Below, one piece after another: positions 25,191 to 40,502 of a stretch of 64,000 bases of DNA (position 1 is the stretch's first letter; each line of letters starts with the position of its first letter). This DNA is from Eledone cirrhosa. Its lineage: Eukaryota. The DNA is taken from positions 186,001 through 250,000 of the forward strand of contig OZ024753.1 in the NCBI GenBank assembly GCA_964016885.1, written 5' to 3'. The position numbers were made by a program, and so were the translations under genes. The notes below the pieces were generated by a model. It worked only from the letters and a program-made list of their open reading frames with translations, made no database searches and was not told the origin of the DNA.

Positions 25191-27107
25191 TATGTATCAC
25201 TGTATACGTTCGTATCTGTGTTAATTTCCTGTAACTTAGCAATTCAACAAAAAGAAATCAATAAAATATGTACCAAACATTAAAAAATAAGTACTAAGGA
25301 TGATATGATTGTTGTCTAAATGACTGAAACCAATAAAAGTATTAAAAAATATACAGGCTTTCAAAACGTGTCAACTGTAAAAGAGCTAATGTAGTCCAGC
25401 CAGTAGCTGTACTTAGTCAAAGGGTTAAGCTTTCATCAAAATTAAAGATAATCCCTTATATGTTGTTAATGACTAGCAATTAGACACAGTATGCAGGTGA
25501 GAGAAGAGTGTAATTATAGACTAAGAAAATTTAGGAATAGGGACACACTCCTGAAAAGGTCAACCTAACCTCTTTATTTAAACATGAAATTTGACCTACA
25601 TCATAAAAATCTGTTAAGAAATACAGTTTGATATTTTAACCCCCCTCATTTCCATATTTCTTATGACATATACAGTATTAGAATTTAATGAAAAATTTGA
25701 AGAAATTTACAAAAGTTATGAATTATTTCATTAAGCTGTTTCTTGTAACATCACAAAAGGTTCTTATATAAAATTATGTTTGAAGATTTATACTTAAATA
25801 GGAACCCATTAAAATGGTTGGTTTTGTTTCATAAAAATAAAATAAAAGTACACCATAACATTCCTGGAGAAAAAAAAAATTATATAAGAATGGTTTTAGC
25901 TGTTAAATACTTTAACAGATATAAAACTTTTATAAGACAAAGAATCAATTTTGTATACCTACAATTGATTGCCCTCAGCAGCCACTTTTTGTTGCTTTTA
26001 CTCGTTTTATTTTTGGGGGAGTCAAAGCTTAGGTCAAATAAATTTTTCTTGATAGTTTTATTCCACAATCAACATCACTACAAACTCTCACACATGTACA
26101 CCACCTAAGTCATACCTAGACACTCATACTGTATATACTAGTGTATAAGTCACCCCCCCCCCCTCACACACACACACTATATACTAGTGCATAAGTCACA
26201 CCCACACACACACACTTATACATGGTATTATTTCCTAGAATCAGGTGTAGTTTTGGGAGGGGTTGGTATCAAATGAGTCAATTCTGCTGGAGACACGAGG
26301 AGACACACAATGCTTCTCACATGGTATGGAGGTCAATCTTGTTCCTCCTGACCAGATCCAGCTGGAACTCCTTTCCTCTCCCTCTGATATTGTCTTTAGG
26401 GCTTTGGTCCAAGTTCTGGAGATCAGGGAGGCTAGACAAGTGGATTTATAGCTGTCTTATTCTGGTAAAGATTTTCTTTAAAAAAAAAAAAATAGAAGGA
26501 AAAAGAAAAATACACTCCCACACCCTTCATTGGTATTTGCTAGTGTTTATAACAAAATACTTGCCTCTTCATGTATGTTAATACTCAGATAACAAACCAG
26601 TCATTCAAAGCTCATACAAGTATATCTACCCCCACTTCAGAGAGAGAGAGGAGAGTGAGAGAGATGTCTCAGCAGCTTGTGGTTTTAGATAACATAAATT
26701 ATACATATGAAATAAGGAACAGAATCACTCTACATAATATACTAGATAAACTCTAGAAAGAAGTCATTGAATATTGATGGTGAAAAGTTCAAGTCACTGA
26801 TGATGTATTTATTAGTTTAATAATAATATAGTCAGTTATCAATAATACAGTAGCGCGCGCATATATATACAAGTGGAAGCTTAGTAAAATCAAAGCTTTG
26901 GCTGTGGCCAAGCAAAGTCGACCTACAATAAGGAATGAGTAGCAAAGTACTCAATAAGAGTAATAACATACGTTTAAATAGCTTGACAAACTGAAAATTG
27001 TGGTAGGCAAAACCCAACCATACAGTACCAAAGTAACGAAAGAACTAATCTGGTTATATATATAATATAAAACGAAAAATTAGTGATGCATCTGAACTCA
27101 ATTTATT

Positions 27108-27190
27108 GTGTGTTACAATTGTTTCGCCGGCAGACAGCTCGCGACGCAATCATTGTGTGGATCTGTCTGATTCAGGTTCGACGGACACGT
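27108..27190 (-). ncRNA. Degenerate hammerhead-like motif with long helix II
   Basis: gtgt CCGTCGA...cagacag...ctgtctg...GAAAC AATT GTA acac. Confidence 0.35.
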
Positions 27191-27313
27191 CTAATGATTT
27201 TGGAGCATATTCTCTCACTGATTTTTCGTTTTATATTATATCATACTCTGCTCTGTAAGAGCATAGAGTGTTCAACCGGCATACCGCCTATGGAAGCATC
27301 TTAGCTACCATTC

Positions 27314-27371
<58 letters not shown>

Positions 27372-27384
27372 AAGTTGTAGTTTA

Positions 27385-29220
27385 CTTGAAGCATTGTGTA
27401 ATGAGGTATAAACGTTTGGAGTTGGAAGGCCAATACAATGCAGGTATGGATATAGAATATAAATGCAAATGCAAAAGATATTGTTGACAATTAGTCTTTT
27501 ACCTTAAATTTATTTAAATATCCTTAATTTTCGAGATAATATCTCTTGTTCGGAGGGAAGTAAAGGAGTTAATTCAGTGTTCTAATTAGCTTGCCAAGTC
27601 ATGCTGACAGGAAATGGTATAGAGATTCCATTCTATCTTTAATGTCAAAGAGTGAAGGTTAGGTGGATAAAGTTGTCTCCCTTTAAAAGGGGTTTGTACA
27701 TGTATGTTTAAGTGTGTGGGAGAATGCGTGAAGGCGTAAGTATGCGTATGTGTGTGAGAAGATATGTCTATATGTAAATATGGAGGCTAGATGCTCTATC
27801 ATGTTAAAACTGGTCTTTGTGTGTGAGAGAGAATAAGTGGAGGTGTAAGCGTGTGTGTGTGACAGAGAGAGAGGGTACGTGGAGGTGTAAGTGTGGGGCT
27901 AGGTGCTCTATCATGTTAAAAATTTGGTGTTGAGTTCTAGTCTATTATTGATTGGTGGTTGTGTTTTGTCTATAATCAGTGCTTCCTTAATTCTAAGATT
28001 GCCGAGGTTTCTTTCCTTAGTTTCTATCCTAACTGTTATGGTTTTGTCGGTGTTTTTGCATTTCACCAGGTGTTTCTTAAATGAGGAAGCGTTAGTATTG
28101 AGGTGTTCTTTTATTCTTATGTGAAGTGGTCTGGTGGTGCTACCTACGTAGAAATTGCTGCATTTGTCGCACTCTAATCTGTATACGACGTAAGACTGGT
28201 GGCATAGGTCTGTGTCGTTGATGGGGCAGTTGGCTAGCCTGCAGCGGCTGTCATGTCTGGTGGAGTGTCTTTTGGTTAGCTGTCCGCGTAGGGAAGGTCC
28301 TGAGGGGGTTAGTTGGATATCTAGTCCCTCTCATCTGATAGCTCTGCGGATGGATGTTGTTGTTTCGTCCCTGAAGTGTGGGAGCTTCAGGAAGCAGGTG
28401 TTAGTGCCTCGGGTATGGTGTCCTCTGTTGTTTTTGGCACGGTTCGTGGTGGACGTCGAGTATCCGTTCAGTTTGAGTACTTCCAGGAAATGTGTGGTGT
28501 GTGCGTCTTGGTCTCTTGCGTCGGTGCATTTGTTCCGGATACGTGTTAGTTCGTACCTTATGTATCCGAACTTAGCGCCAGCTGGGAGTGCCGATCTGAA
28601 ATGTACGAACAGGTCCCTGCTGGCGGCTTTTTTATAAAAGCAGGTGTGGATGTTGCTTTCCTCTATTACCCTGAGTTGGAAGTCCAGTAGCCGCTGCAGG
28701 CTAGCCAACTGCCCCATCAACGACACAGACCTATGCCACCAGGCTTACGTCGTATACAGATTAGAGTGCGACAAATGCAGCAATTTCTACGTAGGTAGCA
28801 CCACCAGACCACTCCACATAAGAATAAAAGAACACCTCAATACTAACGTTTCCTCATTTAAGAAACACCTAGTGAAATGCAAAAACACTAACAAAACCAT
28901 AACAGTTAGGATAGAAACTAAGGAAAGAAACCTCGGCAATCTTAGAATTAAGGAAGCACTGATTATAGACAAAACACAACCACCAATCAATAATAGACTA
29001 GAACTCAACACCAAATTTTTAACATGATAGAGCACCTAGCCTCACACTTACACCCCCCCTTACACACACACCACTTATTCTCACTCACACACACATACAC
29101 ACACAAAGACCAGTTTTAAAATGATAGAGCATCTAGACCCCACATTTACATATAGACATATCTTCTCACACACACACACACACACGCATACACCTTCACG
29201 CATTCTCCCACACACTTAAA
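27385..29220 (-). mobile_element. Penelope-like element, 5'-truncated, with inverted pseudo-LTR
   Basis: RT C-terminus LDFQL...FYKKAASRDLFVHFRSALP, Cys-rich linker, and GIY-YIG VVYRLECDKCSNFYVGSTTRPLHIRIKEH...KEALII; endonuclease and UTR duplicated in inverted orientation. Confidence 0.88.
28689..29027 (+). pseudogene. GIY-YIG endonuclease segment in the inverted arm
   Basis: CRLANCPINDTDLCHQAYVVYRLECDKCSNFYVGST...INNRLELNTKFLT*. Confidence 0.8.
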
Positions 29221-30034
29221 CATCATCATCATCATTTTACGTCCGCTTTTCCCTGCTTGCAAGGGTGGGACGGGTCTTATTCAGCACAGCATCTCTCCAC
29301 TCGTCACGGTCCTTCGTCATCTCCACAGTGAGTTTCAATGATCTGAGGTCTGTTCTCACCACCTCCGCTCATGTTTTTCGTGATCTACCTCTACCACGTC
29401 TTCCTTCAACTGGCATTTCCTGGCACTTCTTCACCCATCGGTCATCCTCCATGCGCATCACATGTCCATACCACCTCAGTCTCCTCTCCTGTACACTACA
29501 TTCTATCCCTCTCAGACACAGTTTCTCTCTCAACACATCCATGCTAGGTCGTTCACGCACATTGACATTGCACATCCAACGGAGCATGCTTGCCTCATTT
29601 CTCTCCAGCCGTCGCATATCCTCTGCAGTTGCTGCCCATGTCTCACAACCATGCAGCATCGCGCTCCTCACACAGGCATCATACAACCGGCCTTTCGTAC
29701 GCAGGGAGAAACCCTTCTTCATCAACAGAGGAAGCAGCTCCCTAAACTTCTTCCAACCCATCCTTATTCTAGATACTATGGCCTCGGAACACCCTCCTCC
29801 CATGCTAATCTGATCTCCTAGGTACCGGAAGCTATCCACCACTTTTATAGCGCCCTCCTGCATCTGAAAAATATATCTATCAATGCGACTTCTACTGTCT
29901 AATTTCCCTGTACATCTACTGCATACATATTTCTCCCTATCTGTTAGTTTGCCTGTTATCCCGCTACATCTCTTGTGTACCCAGGATCTGCATTGTGTGC
30001 ATTTTATAGAATTTATGCCAGTTCCTTTTCTGCA
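29221..30034 (-). mobile_element. RTE LINE 3' copy adjoining/truncating the Penelope arm
   Basis: Close relative of 5070-5880; nonsense at RKT*; (GAT)n tail. Confidence 0.92.
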
Positions 30035-31043
30035 CAAAAACAAAGAAAAGAATCCCCAGAATGTGTGACCAACCAACCAACCGGAAATTTATAAATTCCT
30101 AAATTTATAAATTTATTATAATAAATTGAAGTGAAAGCAACTGGTGCGTGTGTTTCTTATTGGCAACATGACCCTCCCAAAGTATAACAATATCGGTTTC
30201 AACACACGTTTTCAGATAAAGAATCTTGCTAAACAAATTCAGAAACGAAATATATATATATATATATATTATCTTGAGAGAGATGGAGGAGGGAGGGAGA
30301 CAGAGAGAAGAGAAGATGAAAAGAAGATAGAAAGAGAAAAGGGAGAAAGGGGATGTGAGAGAGAGAGAGGGGGGTGGGGACAGATTAGAATCTCTGGTTT
30401 TGAAAATAATGAAAGGTTTAGACAGAAGCATGATATTAAACACAATTTTAAAAACATCCAATCTCTCTCTCATTATATTCGAAAACATTATATATATATA
30501 TATATGATACACTACATAAGTTAATACTTATGAAATCATGTTAAGTGTTATTTCTAATGACCTATGTTCCAATCCAAAAATATTACCACAATTACTAATA
30601 AACTACTTTTCCTGTAAAGAGCAATGAAAACGTTGCCAAGCTACCGCCACTAACACCACTATCACCATTACTACCACCACCACCACCTCTGCCACTACCA
30701 TTACTACACACTGTCTTTGCATATGGCCTCCATATGTTTCTTAATGGTAGAGTACAATGTCACTAATAATTCATAATGTGAAATTAAGTTAATATAACAT
30801 GGGAAAGAAAAGTCTAACATTTTGGTCAGGACTCTTCTTCAGCAGGAGTAGGAAGGTATTTATAACTGCAGAGGTATTTGTAGTTACGTAAAGATGACAA
30901 CAAAAGGAGCTAGCTATGAAACAGTAGTATCTTTTCAAACCTAAATTTCTGCTATTGGAAGCTTGGAAAATTTAATGGGTAGTGTATTTTGTAAGAGATT
31001 GGCCAGGTTCACTTCCCTTCCTGATATTGACAGAAAGGTCTGC

Positions 31044-31237
31044 TTAACCCTTTAGCATTTACATTACTCTATATTTACTATTATATTTTCATGGTAAAGG
31101 CTTTACCTCACAGAATTATCTCACATGATATCAAATCTGCGAGATTTTGATATTATCTATTTTGAGAACAATACCTTAACATCAGTATGAGCGGCTGGCT
31201 ACAGTTAGTTTGAACAGAAAGAGGTGAGAGAATTCTG
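31044..31237 (+). mobile_element. piggyBac-type MITE, right end lost
   Basis: TTAA|CCCTTTAGCATTTA plus family interior. Confidence 0.7.
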
Positions 31238-31734
31238 AAAATTTCCAACAATGAATCATTATCATCCTCGTTATTTAATGTCCATTTTCCACGCTGGGTT
31301 GAACAGATTGTCACTATCTGAGACCAGATAGGCCAGAGTGATCAATCTTACTCATGTTCCATATTTGACAGTTTCTATAGCTGGATGCCAACCACCTTAC
31401 AATGTGTACTGGGTGTGTTTTTCTAGACACCAACGCTACCACTTTACAGAGTAAACTGGGTGCATTTTATTATGGTACTAACATTAGAGAAGTTGTTACG
31501 TGCTAGACCAGACTGAAGAGTCCTTTCAAACCCTATATTGTCTCTGTTAGATTGCGCAACACTGCAGTCTTTGGTCTACCAACATGTTTACTTTCAGAGT
31601 GACAGTGCTTGTATCGATGGATGGGTCTTCTGTATTATAGCATACCACCAGTTCACTCATGTATTTTATCTCATTAGAGGCAAGTTGGGTCTGGTAACTG
31701 TGTCTTGCTCATAAAGGACTGTTTCTGGCTAGAT

Positions 31735-31918
31735 CTCTATGGCTGGATGTCCTTCCTAATGCCAACCACATTTACAGTGTGTGCTGGGTGCTTTTTGTTG
31801 CGACACCTACATGACCACTTTACAGTGTGGGCTGGGTGCTTTTTGTCGTGACACCTACACGATCACTTTACAGTGTGGGCTGGGTGCTTTTTGTCGTGAC
31901 ACCTACACGACCACTTTA
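31735..31918 (-). repeat. Family-B SINE fragment with 48-bp x3 tandem duplication
   Basis: tttacagtgt recurs at 31771, 31819 and 31867. Confidence 0.75.
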
Positions 31919-32299
31919 AAGTATGAGAAAACCCATATCAACATAGAAAGTGGACATAAAATGGTGGTGATGATGAGGATGTACTTTAAATTGTAAGAGT
32001 TATTAAACTTATAATAAATTTAAGAATTAAAGATCAAGTATTTTATCAGACAAGATAGATTAAAAAAATGACATGATATAGAGCTAGGACGAAATAGATA
32101 GCCAGTTTATTACTTGGAAAAAGACACTCCCACAAAGGTCCTCCTCATATCAATGTAGTTGTGGGGCAAATTCCTTAACCACATAGCCTGACAACCCCCT
32201 CGTCCCCCACACACATATATCAAATATTTCAATTAACATTATATATAGCATGAGAGTAGATTAGCACTGTAGAACAACAGACAAAAATTGTGTGAGGTT

Positions 32300-32843
32300 T
32301 AGTTATAACTCTTCAAATTCTGAGTTCAAATCCTACCAAGGTTGATGAAATACCAGTCAAGTACACAAGTCAATATAATTGATAATACTTATCCTAAATT
32401 TGTGGTTATGTTAAAAATCAATATTAATATCTGTAATAATATTGAAGGCGATGGATTGGTAGTATTGGTAGAGGGTCAGACACCATACCTTGCAGCATAG
32501 AGTTACGGCCCTTTACTGATTTCTAATTCAGATAAGACCAACAATTAAAAAGATCCCAGTACTTTACTGCTACTTTACTTTATCAATTCCCAGGAAAATG
32601 AATGATAAGATCTCAGTGGGATTTGAACTCAGAATGTAAAGACAGAGCTGGAACAAATACTGATACTCTAAAGAGTCTTCCCATTCACTGCCATACCTCT
32701 TAAATTATAACCTAATTTAACAAGGCCTTATGAATGGCCTTTAGTAAAATATAATTGTTTCTACTTTTGGCACAAGGCCAGCAACTATCCAGTGTATTAC
32801 TGGTACTTTATTTTATCGACCCCGTAAGGATGAAAGGCAAAGG
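32300..32843. mobile_element. Cluster of partial family-A SINEs
   Basis: Fragments in both orientations. Confidence 0.6.
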
Positions 32844-34355
32844 TGAAGAAGACAGCTCTAAATCAGCTGCAAATATCTCTTTTGTGAAAAAGAGACTTGA
32901 ATTTGTAGGATTAACAGCAATATATAGATTGGCAATTGTATTCAGTGTCTGAGCAATAAGTAGCTTAAAAACTAAAGACAAGAGATATGAGGATTTAAAG
33001 TAGAATGAAAACAATGGATAGAACAGATTGTTAAGACTGGCTGTGTTAAAATATATATTGTGTTTGAAAACATCAACTAACTGATAAGGTGAAAACGGTG
33101 ATATCTTAACTGATAGCTGAAAGTCGGTAAACATCAATATCACATGACTAAGAAGGTATATATGTCAGGTGACATTTTCTTATCCAAATCACAATAATAG
33201 TTTAATATAAATGAAACAAGGTATGTGGTTCCATTGAGAACATTATCATTAATATGAGTAGCAAGTTATAGCTAGTTTGAACAGAAAGAGGTAAGAGATT
33301 TCTGGCCAGATAATGGTTGGTTTAAATGCAAGAGGATTTAGGCAGTTTGATATCGAAAGGGTTAATCAAATGTCCAACCAGTCAAATGAAATATTTATGT
33401 GAATAGAAAACTCATAACTTTCTTCTCTACATAGATCACTAAGATTTAAACCCACTTCTAATTAACTCACATGCTTTGGTATTCTTTTAGAACAATATAA
33501 AGAAACAAACCTATTTAATGTGTACAAATGACTTCTTTTGAAATAAATTTATATAATTCTAAGAATAAATTGTCTCTACTTTATTGTCCCACTTGAAACC
33601 TGATCTCAACTACTCTGCATTGAACTAATTCATGATGTCACTGAAATATTACTCACTAACAACACCATTGTTGATATATCACATGAGATGTGCACATTTA
33701 CAGAAGTACTTTACTCACATTATACATAATATGTGGTTAGAGAATTGGTTTCACAATCGTGAGATTGCGAGTTTGATTCCTGGGCTGGGTGATGTGTTGT
33801 CCTTGAACAAGACACTTTATTTCACATTGCTCTTTCTGCCAGGAGTTTCAACTGGTAGATAGTACTAACAATGGAAAGACCAATGGAAACGTTTCCTTGG
33901 TCTGATTTGACGAGTTCCACCTCACTCAGTAAACAAGTGAAATCTGGGATCTTTTCAATTGATAAAAAAATACACAATATGCATATTGTATTGTTAGGTG
34001 AGGTGCACACATGCACAACAAATCATTCATTCAGCAACAGCTTCTTAGTTTGAATCCTGTCATTTAACTATGTTTAAAAATAGAGAAGTTTGGTTATTTC
34101 AGAATCTATTAAAAGAGAGGGGGTTGACAAAGCCCAGGTGTTTGTCTTTAGACAAGACTACCACCATTTGTTTTTAGGCTAGCTCTCTGTTTAAAGTATT
34201 TATATTTCAAGTGCATCTGCCATTCTCAGTATATCTACATAGTGTTGTTAGGTTGTGTTAAGGAATATTTAATGAACAGACTTCCTTTCACAATTTCTAC
34301 CAAGAATTCTTTGCCAGCTGGATTATATCTAAAACATCTGCCAACAGAAAAGGTC

Positions 34356-34422
<67 letters not shown>

Positions 34423-35423
34423 CTTTGCTGGTTCTTCTAAGGTAGTTTAAACAGTTCATTATTCTAGCTAAAAACTTCCATAATTAGAATAAATGGATCC
34501 TCCACCAGTTTTAATTGAGTACTCCAGTTGTTTGGTGAAGTAAACTACCTAACTCATTGAATTAGTGACTAGTGTTGTACACATTTTAGTACCCTTAACA
34601 TACTCTTGAGGTAGAATCAGCATGTCACTATGTATGACATGAATAGACCTTGGAATTACATGTATAACCAGTCTGATGGGATTCTAATAAGGCTAGACCT
34701 TGGAATTACAAGTAGAGTTCATCTGATGAGATTCCACACTGTCTGCCAAGTTTCACTCACTATGATAGAAAAAAAAACACTTGCTCAGGGTGATGTGCAG
34801 TGGTATCAAACTCAAGACCTTGTGATTTGAAGCAAACTTCTTAACCAGTGAACCATGCCCGAGTGCAGGAGAAAAGAACAAGAGAGGAAGAGAAGAAGAG
34901 GAAGAACAGACTGAAATATAACCAGGTATGTATTTCACTTCACAAACACCAATACCATAACTTTGTAGGATATAGCTGCAAGCAAAGCATAGATTTCTGC
35001 ATGGAAGAGCATCCAGCTGGAAAGTAATGTGGATGGTCAAGACATTAGTAAAATACATTATTTTACTGGAGTTATTTCACTTGTTAAATGTGTCAAACAA
35101 CGGGAATATTAGAATCATAATGAGACAGTTGAAAAGTGACTAGCATGAATCAGAAATTATTCAAGGAAGATTAAGAAAATATGAGTCAAGCCAAACAAAA
35201 ATAATTGCAGCCTTGTAATTTACAGGGTTAAAATGGTGAAAGAATCAGTCTTTTATATAATAACTGTACCTTCTCCGTTAAAGTACCGTTTATCATAGGT
35301 ACTTACAGAATAAAAAAAACCATCTACAAAAAAATATGGATAACAATGTGTTAATATAATCACTGTCAATTTTCATAAATACATTGGACAGAGTTACAGA
35401 ATCATTTTTCTCACTAACAATAT

Positions 35424-35463
<40 letters not shown>

Positions 35464-35544
35464 TAGGTCATTAAGTATGAAATGTCCAATTTCCTTAAGC
35501 ACGAAGTTTTGAAATCGGACATTTCATACTAAATGACCTGATAT

Positions 35545-36590
<1,046 letters not shown>

Positions 36591-37203
36591 ATGGTGGCTG
36601 CCAACTCGTTTTCGAGTACGGCCACTACTTTATATCCATGTAGGAGAACCCCTACCGATGCGCTGAACGAGTGTGACTTTTTAGTCCAGCCAGCGACTTG
36701 AAAACTCTGGTACAAACACTACACTTGTGACAATTACTGACACATAGTGCTGGGCCCATGGTACCATGTGACGACAAGTGCAGAGAGATCTCCAGATATA
36801 AAGCAATGCCTGTGCCGTGAAGCTTTTATAGTGAGCAAAGGCACTGCACAAAGCCAGTCCCACTCTCTTAACCAAGATGATATTTACCAAAAAGAAGAAC
36901 AAGTCAACATCATTGGATACCATCAGGGTTGCAGGTGTTATATCAGAGTTTTCCTTCTCCTAGAATTCTACCTTGACAAAGGCTAAGGGGTCATCTCTCC
37001 CGGTGATTTTGGATGGCCATTGACTCTTAAGAGCTCCTTTGCCCTTTGACAGGTCTTGTTTTTAGTCCTGCAGGATGTCCAAAGTCACCCTCCTCACCAA
37101 GAAACCTTGGTAGGGTTGCCAGTTTAGTCGCCAACGACCCGACCATGAGACAGGTTGTACTGGGATACATGTTACCAGTAGCACCAACTGGTGACCTGAC
37201 ATA
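36591..37203 (-). mobile_element. ~615-bp non-autonomous retroposon (family C), apparently full length
   Basis: Near-identical to 39849-40352, related to 59101-59172 and 59290-59843; contains ctaggagaaggaaaactctga, resembling an RTE 5'UTR motif. Confidence 0.7.
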
Positions 37204-37211
37204 AACATACA

Positions 37212-37275
<64 letters not shown>

Positions 37276-37951
37276 TACATACATACATACATATATATAT
37301 ATACATACATATATATATATACATACATACATATATATATATACATACATATATATATATACATACATACATATATATATATATACATACATACATATAT
37401 ATATATACATACATACATATATATACATACATACATATATATATATATACATACATATATATATAAATACATACATACATACATATATATATATACATAC
37501 ATACATACATATATATACATACATACATATATATACATACATACATATATATATACATACATACATACATATATACATACATACATACATATATACATAC
37601 ATACATATATATATATATACATACATATATATATATATACATACATACATATATATATATATATACATACATATATATATATATATACATACATATATAT
37701 ATATATATACATACATACATATATATATATACATACATACATATATATATATACATACATATATATATATACATACATACATATATATATATATATACAT
37801 ACATATATATATATATATACATACATATATATATACATACATATATATATACATACATACATATACATACATACATACATACATACATACATACATACAT
37901 ACATACATACATACATACATACATACATACATACATACATACATACATACA

Positions 37952-37982
<31 letters not shown>

Positions 37983-38500
37983 TTATATATATATATACAT
38001 ACATACATATTTATATATACATACATACATATTTATATATATATATACATACATACATATTTATATATACATACATACATATTTATATATATATATACAT
38101 ACATACATATTTATATATACATACATACATATTTATATATATATATACATACATACATATTTATATATACATACATACATATTTATATATACATACATAC
38201 ATATTTATATATATATATACATACATACATATTTATATATATATATACATACATACATATTTATATATATATATACATACATACATATTTATATATATAC
38301 ATACATATTTATATATATATATACATACATACATATATATATACATACATATATATATATATATATACATACATACATATATATATACATACATACATAC
38401 ATATATATATACATACATACATATATATATACATACATACATACATATATATATACATACATACATACATATATATATACATACATACATACATATATAT

Positions 38501-38533
<33 letters not shown>

Positions 38534-38557
38534 CATACATACATACATATACATACA

Positions 38558-38589
<32 letters not shown>

Positions 38590-38621
38590 CATACATACAT
38601 ATATACATATATATACATACA

Positions 38622-38657
<36 letters not shown>

Positions 38658-39382
38658 CATACATACATATATATACATACATACATATATATACATACAT
38701 ACATATATATACATACATACATACATATATATACATACATACATACATATATATATACATACATGTATATATATATATATACATACATACATACATATAT
38801 ATATACATACATACATATATATATACATACATACATATATATATACATACATACATATATATATACATACATACATATATATATACATACATACATATAT
38901 ATATACATACATACATGTATATATATATATATACATACATACATATATATATACATACATACATGTATATATATATATACATACATACATACATATATAT
39001 ATACATACATACATACATATATATATACATACATACATGTATATATATATATACATACATACATGTATATATATATATACATACATACATACATATATAC
39101 ATACATACATACATGTATATATATATATACATACATACATGTATATATATACATGTATACATACATACATGTACATATATATATATACATGTATATATAT
39201 ACATGTATATATATACATGTATACATACATACATGTATATATATACATGTATACATACATACATGTATATATATACATGTATACATACATACATGTATAT
39301 ATATATATATATATACATACATACATGTATATATATATATATATATACATACATACATGTATATATATATATATATATACAT

Positions 39383-39413
<31 letters not shown>

Positions 39414-39512
39414 CATACATACATGTATATATATATATATATATACATACATACATGTATATATATATATATATATACATACATACATGTATATATATAT
39501 ATATATATACAT

Positions 39513-39545
<33 letters not shown>

Positions 39546-39848
39546 CATACATGTATATATATATATATATATACATACATGTATATATATATATACATAC
39601 ATGTATATATATATATACATACATGTATATATATATATATACATACATGTATATATATATATATATACATACATACATGTATATATATATATATACATAC
39701 ATACATGTATATATATATATATACATACATACATGTATATATATATATATACATACATACATGTATATATATATATATACATACATACATGTATATATAT
39801 ATATATACATACATACATACATACATACATACATGTATATATATATAT
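37204..39848. repeat. 2.6-kb compound TACA/TA microsatellite
   Basis: Direct reading. Confidence 0.95.
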
Positions 39849-40362
39849 ATGGTGGCTGCCAACTCGTTTTCGAGTACGGCCACTACTTTATATCCATGTA
39901 GGAGAACCCCTACCGAAGCGCTGAACGAGTGTGACTTTTTAGTCCAGCCAGCGACTTGAAAACTCTGGTACAAACACTACACTTGTGACAATTATTGACA
40001 CATAGTGCTGGGCCCATGGTACCATGTGAGGACAAGTGCAGAGAGATCTCCAGATATAAAGCAATGCCTGTGCCGTGAAGCTTTTATAGTGAGCAAAGGC
40101 ACTGCACAAAGCCAGTCCCACTCTCTTAACCAAGATGATATTTACCAAAAAGAAGAACAAGTCAACATCATTGGATACCATCAGGGTTGCAGGTGTTATA
40201 TCAGAGTTTTCCTTCTCCTAGAATTCTGCCTTGACAAAGGCTAAGGGGTCATCTCTCCCGGTGATTTTGGATGGCCATTGACTCTTAAGAGCTCCTTTGC
40301 CCTTTGACAGGTTTTGTTTTTAGTCCTGCAGGATGTCCAAAGTCACCCTCCTTTCTTGGTGA
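39849..40362 (-). mobile_element. Family-C copy, 5'-truncated
   Basis: Few substitutions versus 36591-37094; short inversion at the truncation point. Confidence 0.7.
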
Positions 40363-40380
40363 TATATATATATACATACA

Positions 40381-40416
<36 letters not shown>

Positions 40417-40502
40417 TATGTATGTATAAGGTAAACAGAAATAACAACACAATCGGTACAGTATATGGAAGGTATATATTAGGTTAACGCTTGATATAGC
40501 AG

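Noticed and set aside
26222-26581. ORFs in a GC-richer patch
   Set aside because: No recognisable protein; possibly a very old LINE end, too decayed to call
30810-30846. CTGAAGAA...AAAATGTTA hammerhead-like string on the minus strand
   Set aside because: GAAA core and helix II pairing are not retained
36681-36986. 79-80 aa ORFs repeated in both family-C copies
   Set aside because: Conservation is explained by near-identical DNA; no recognisable motif and not evident in the diverged copy
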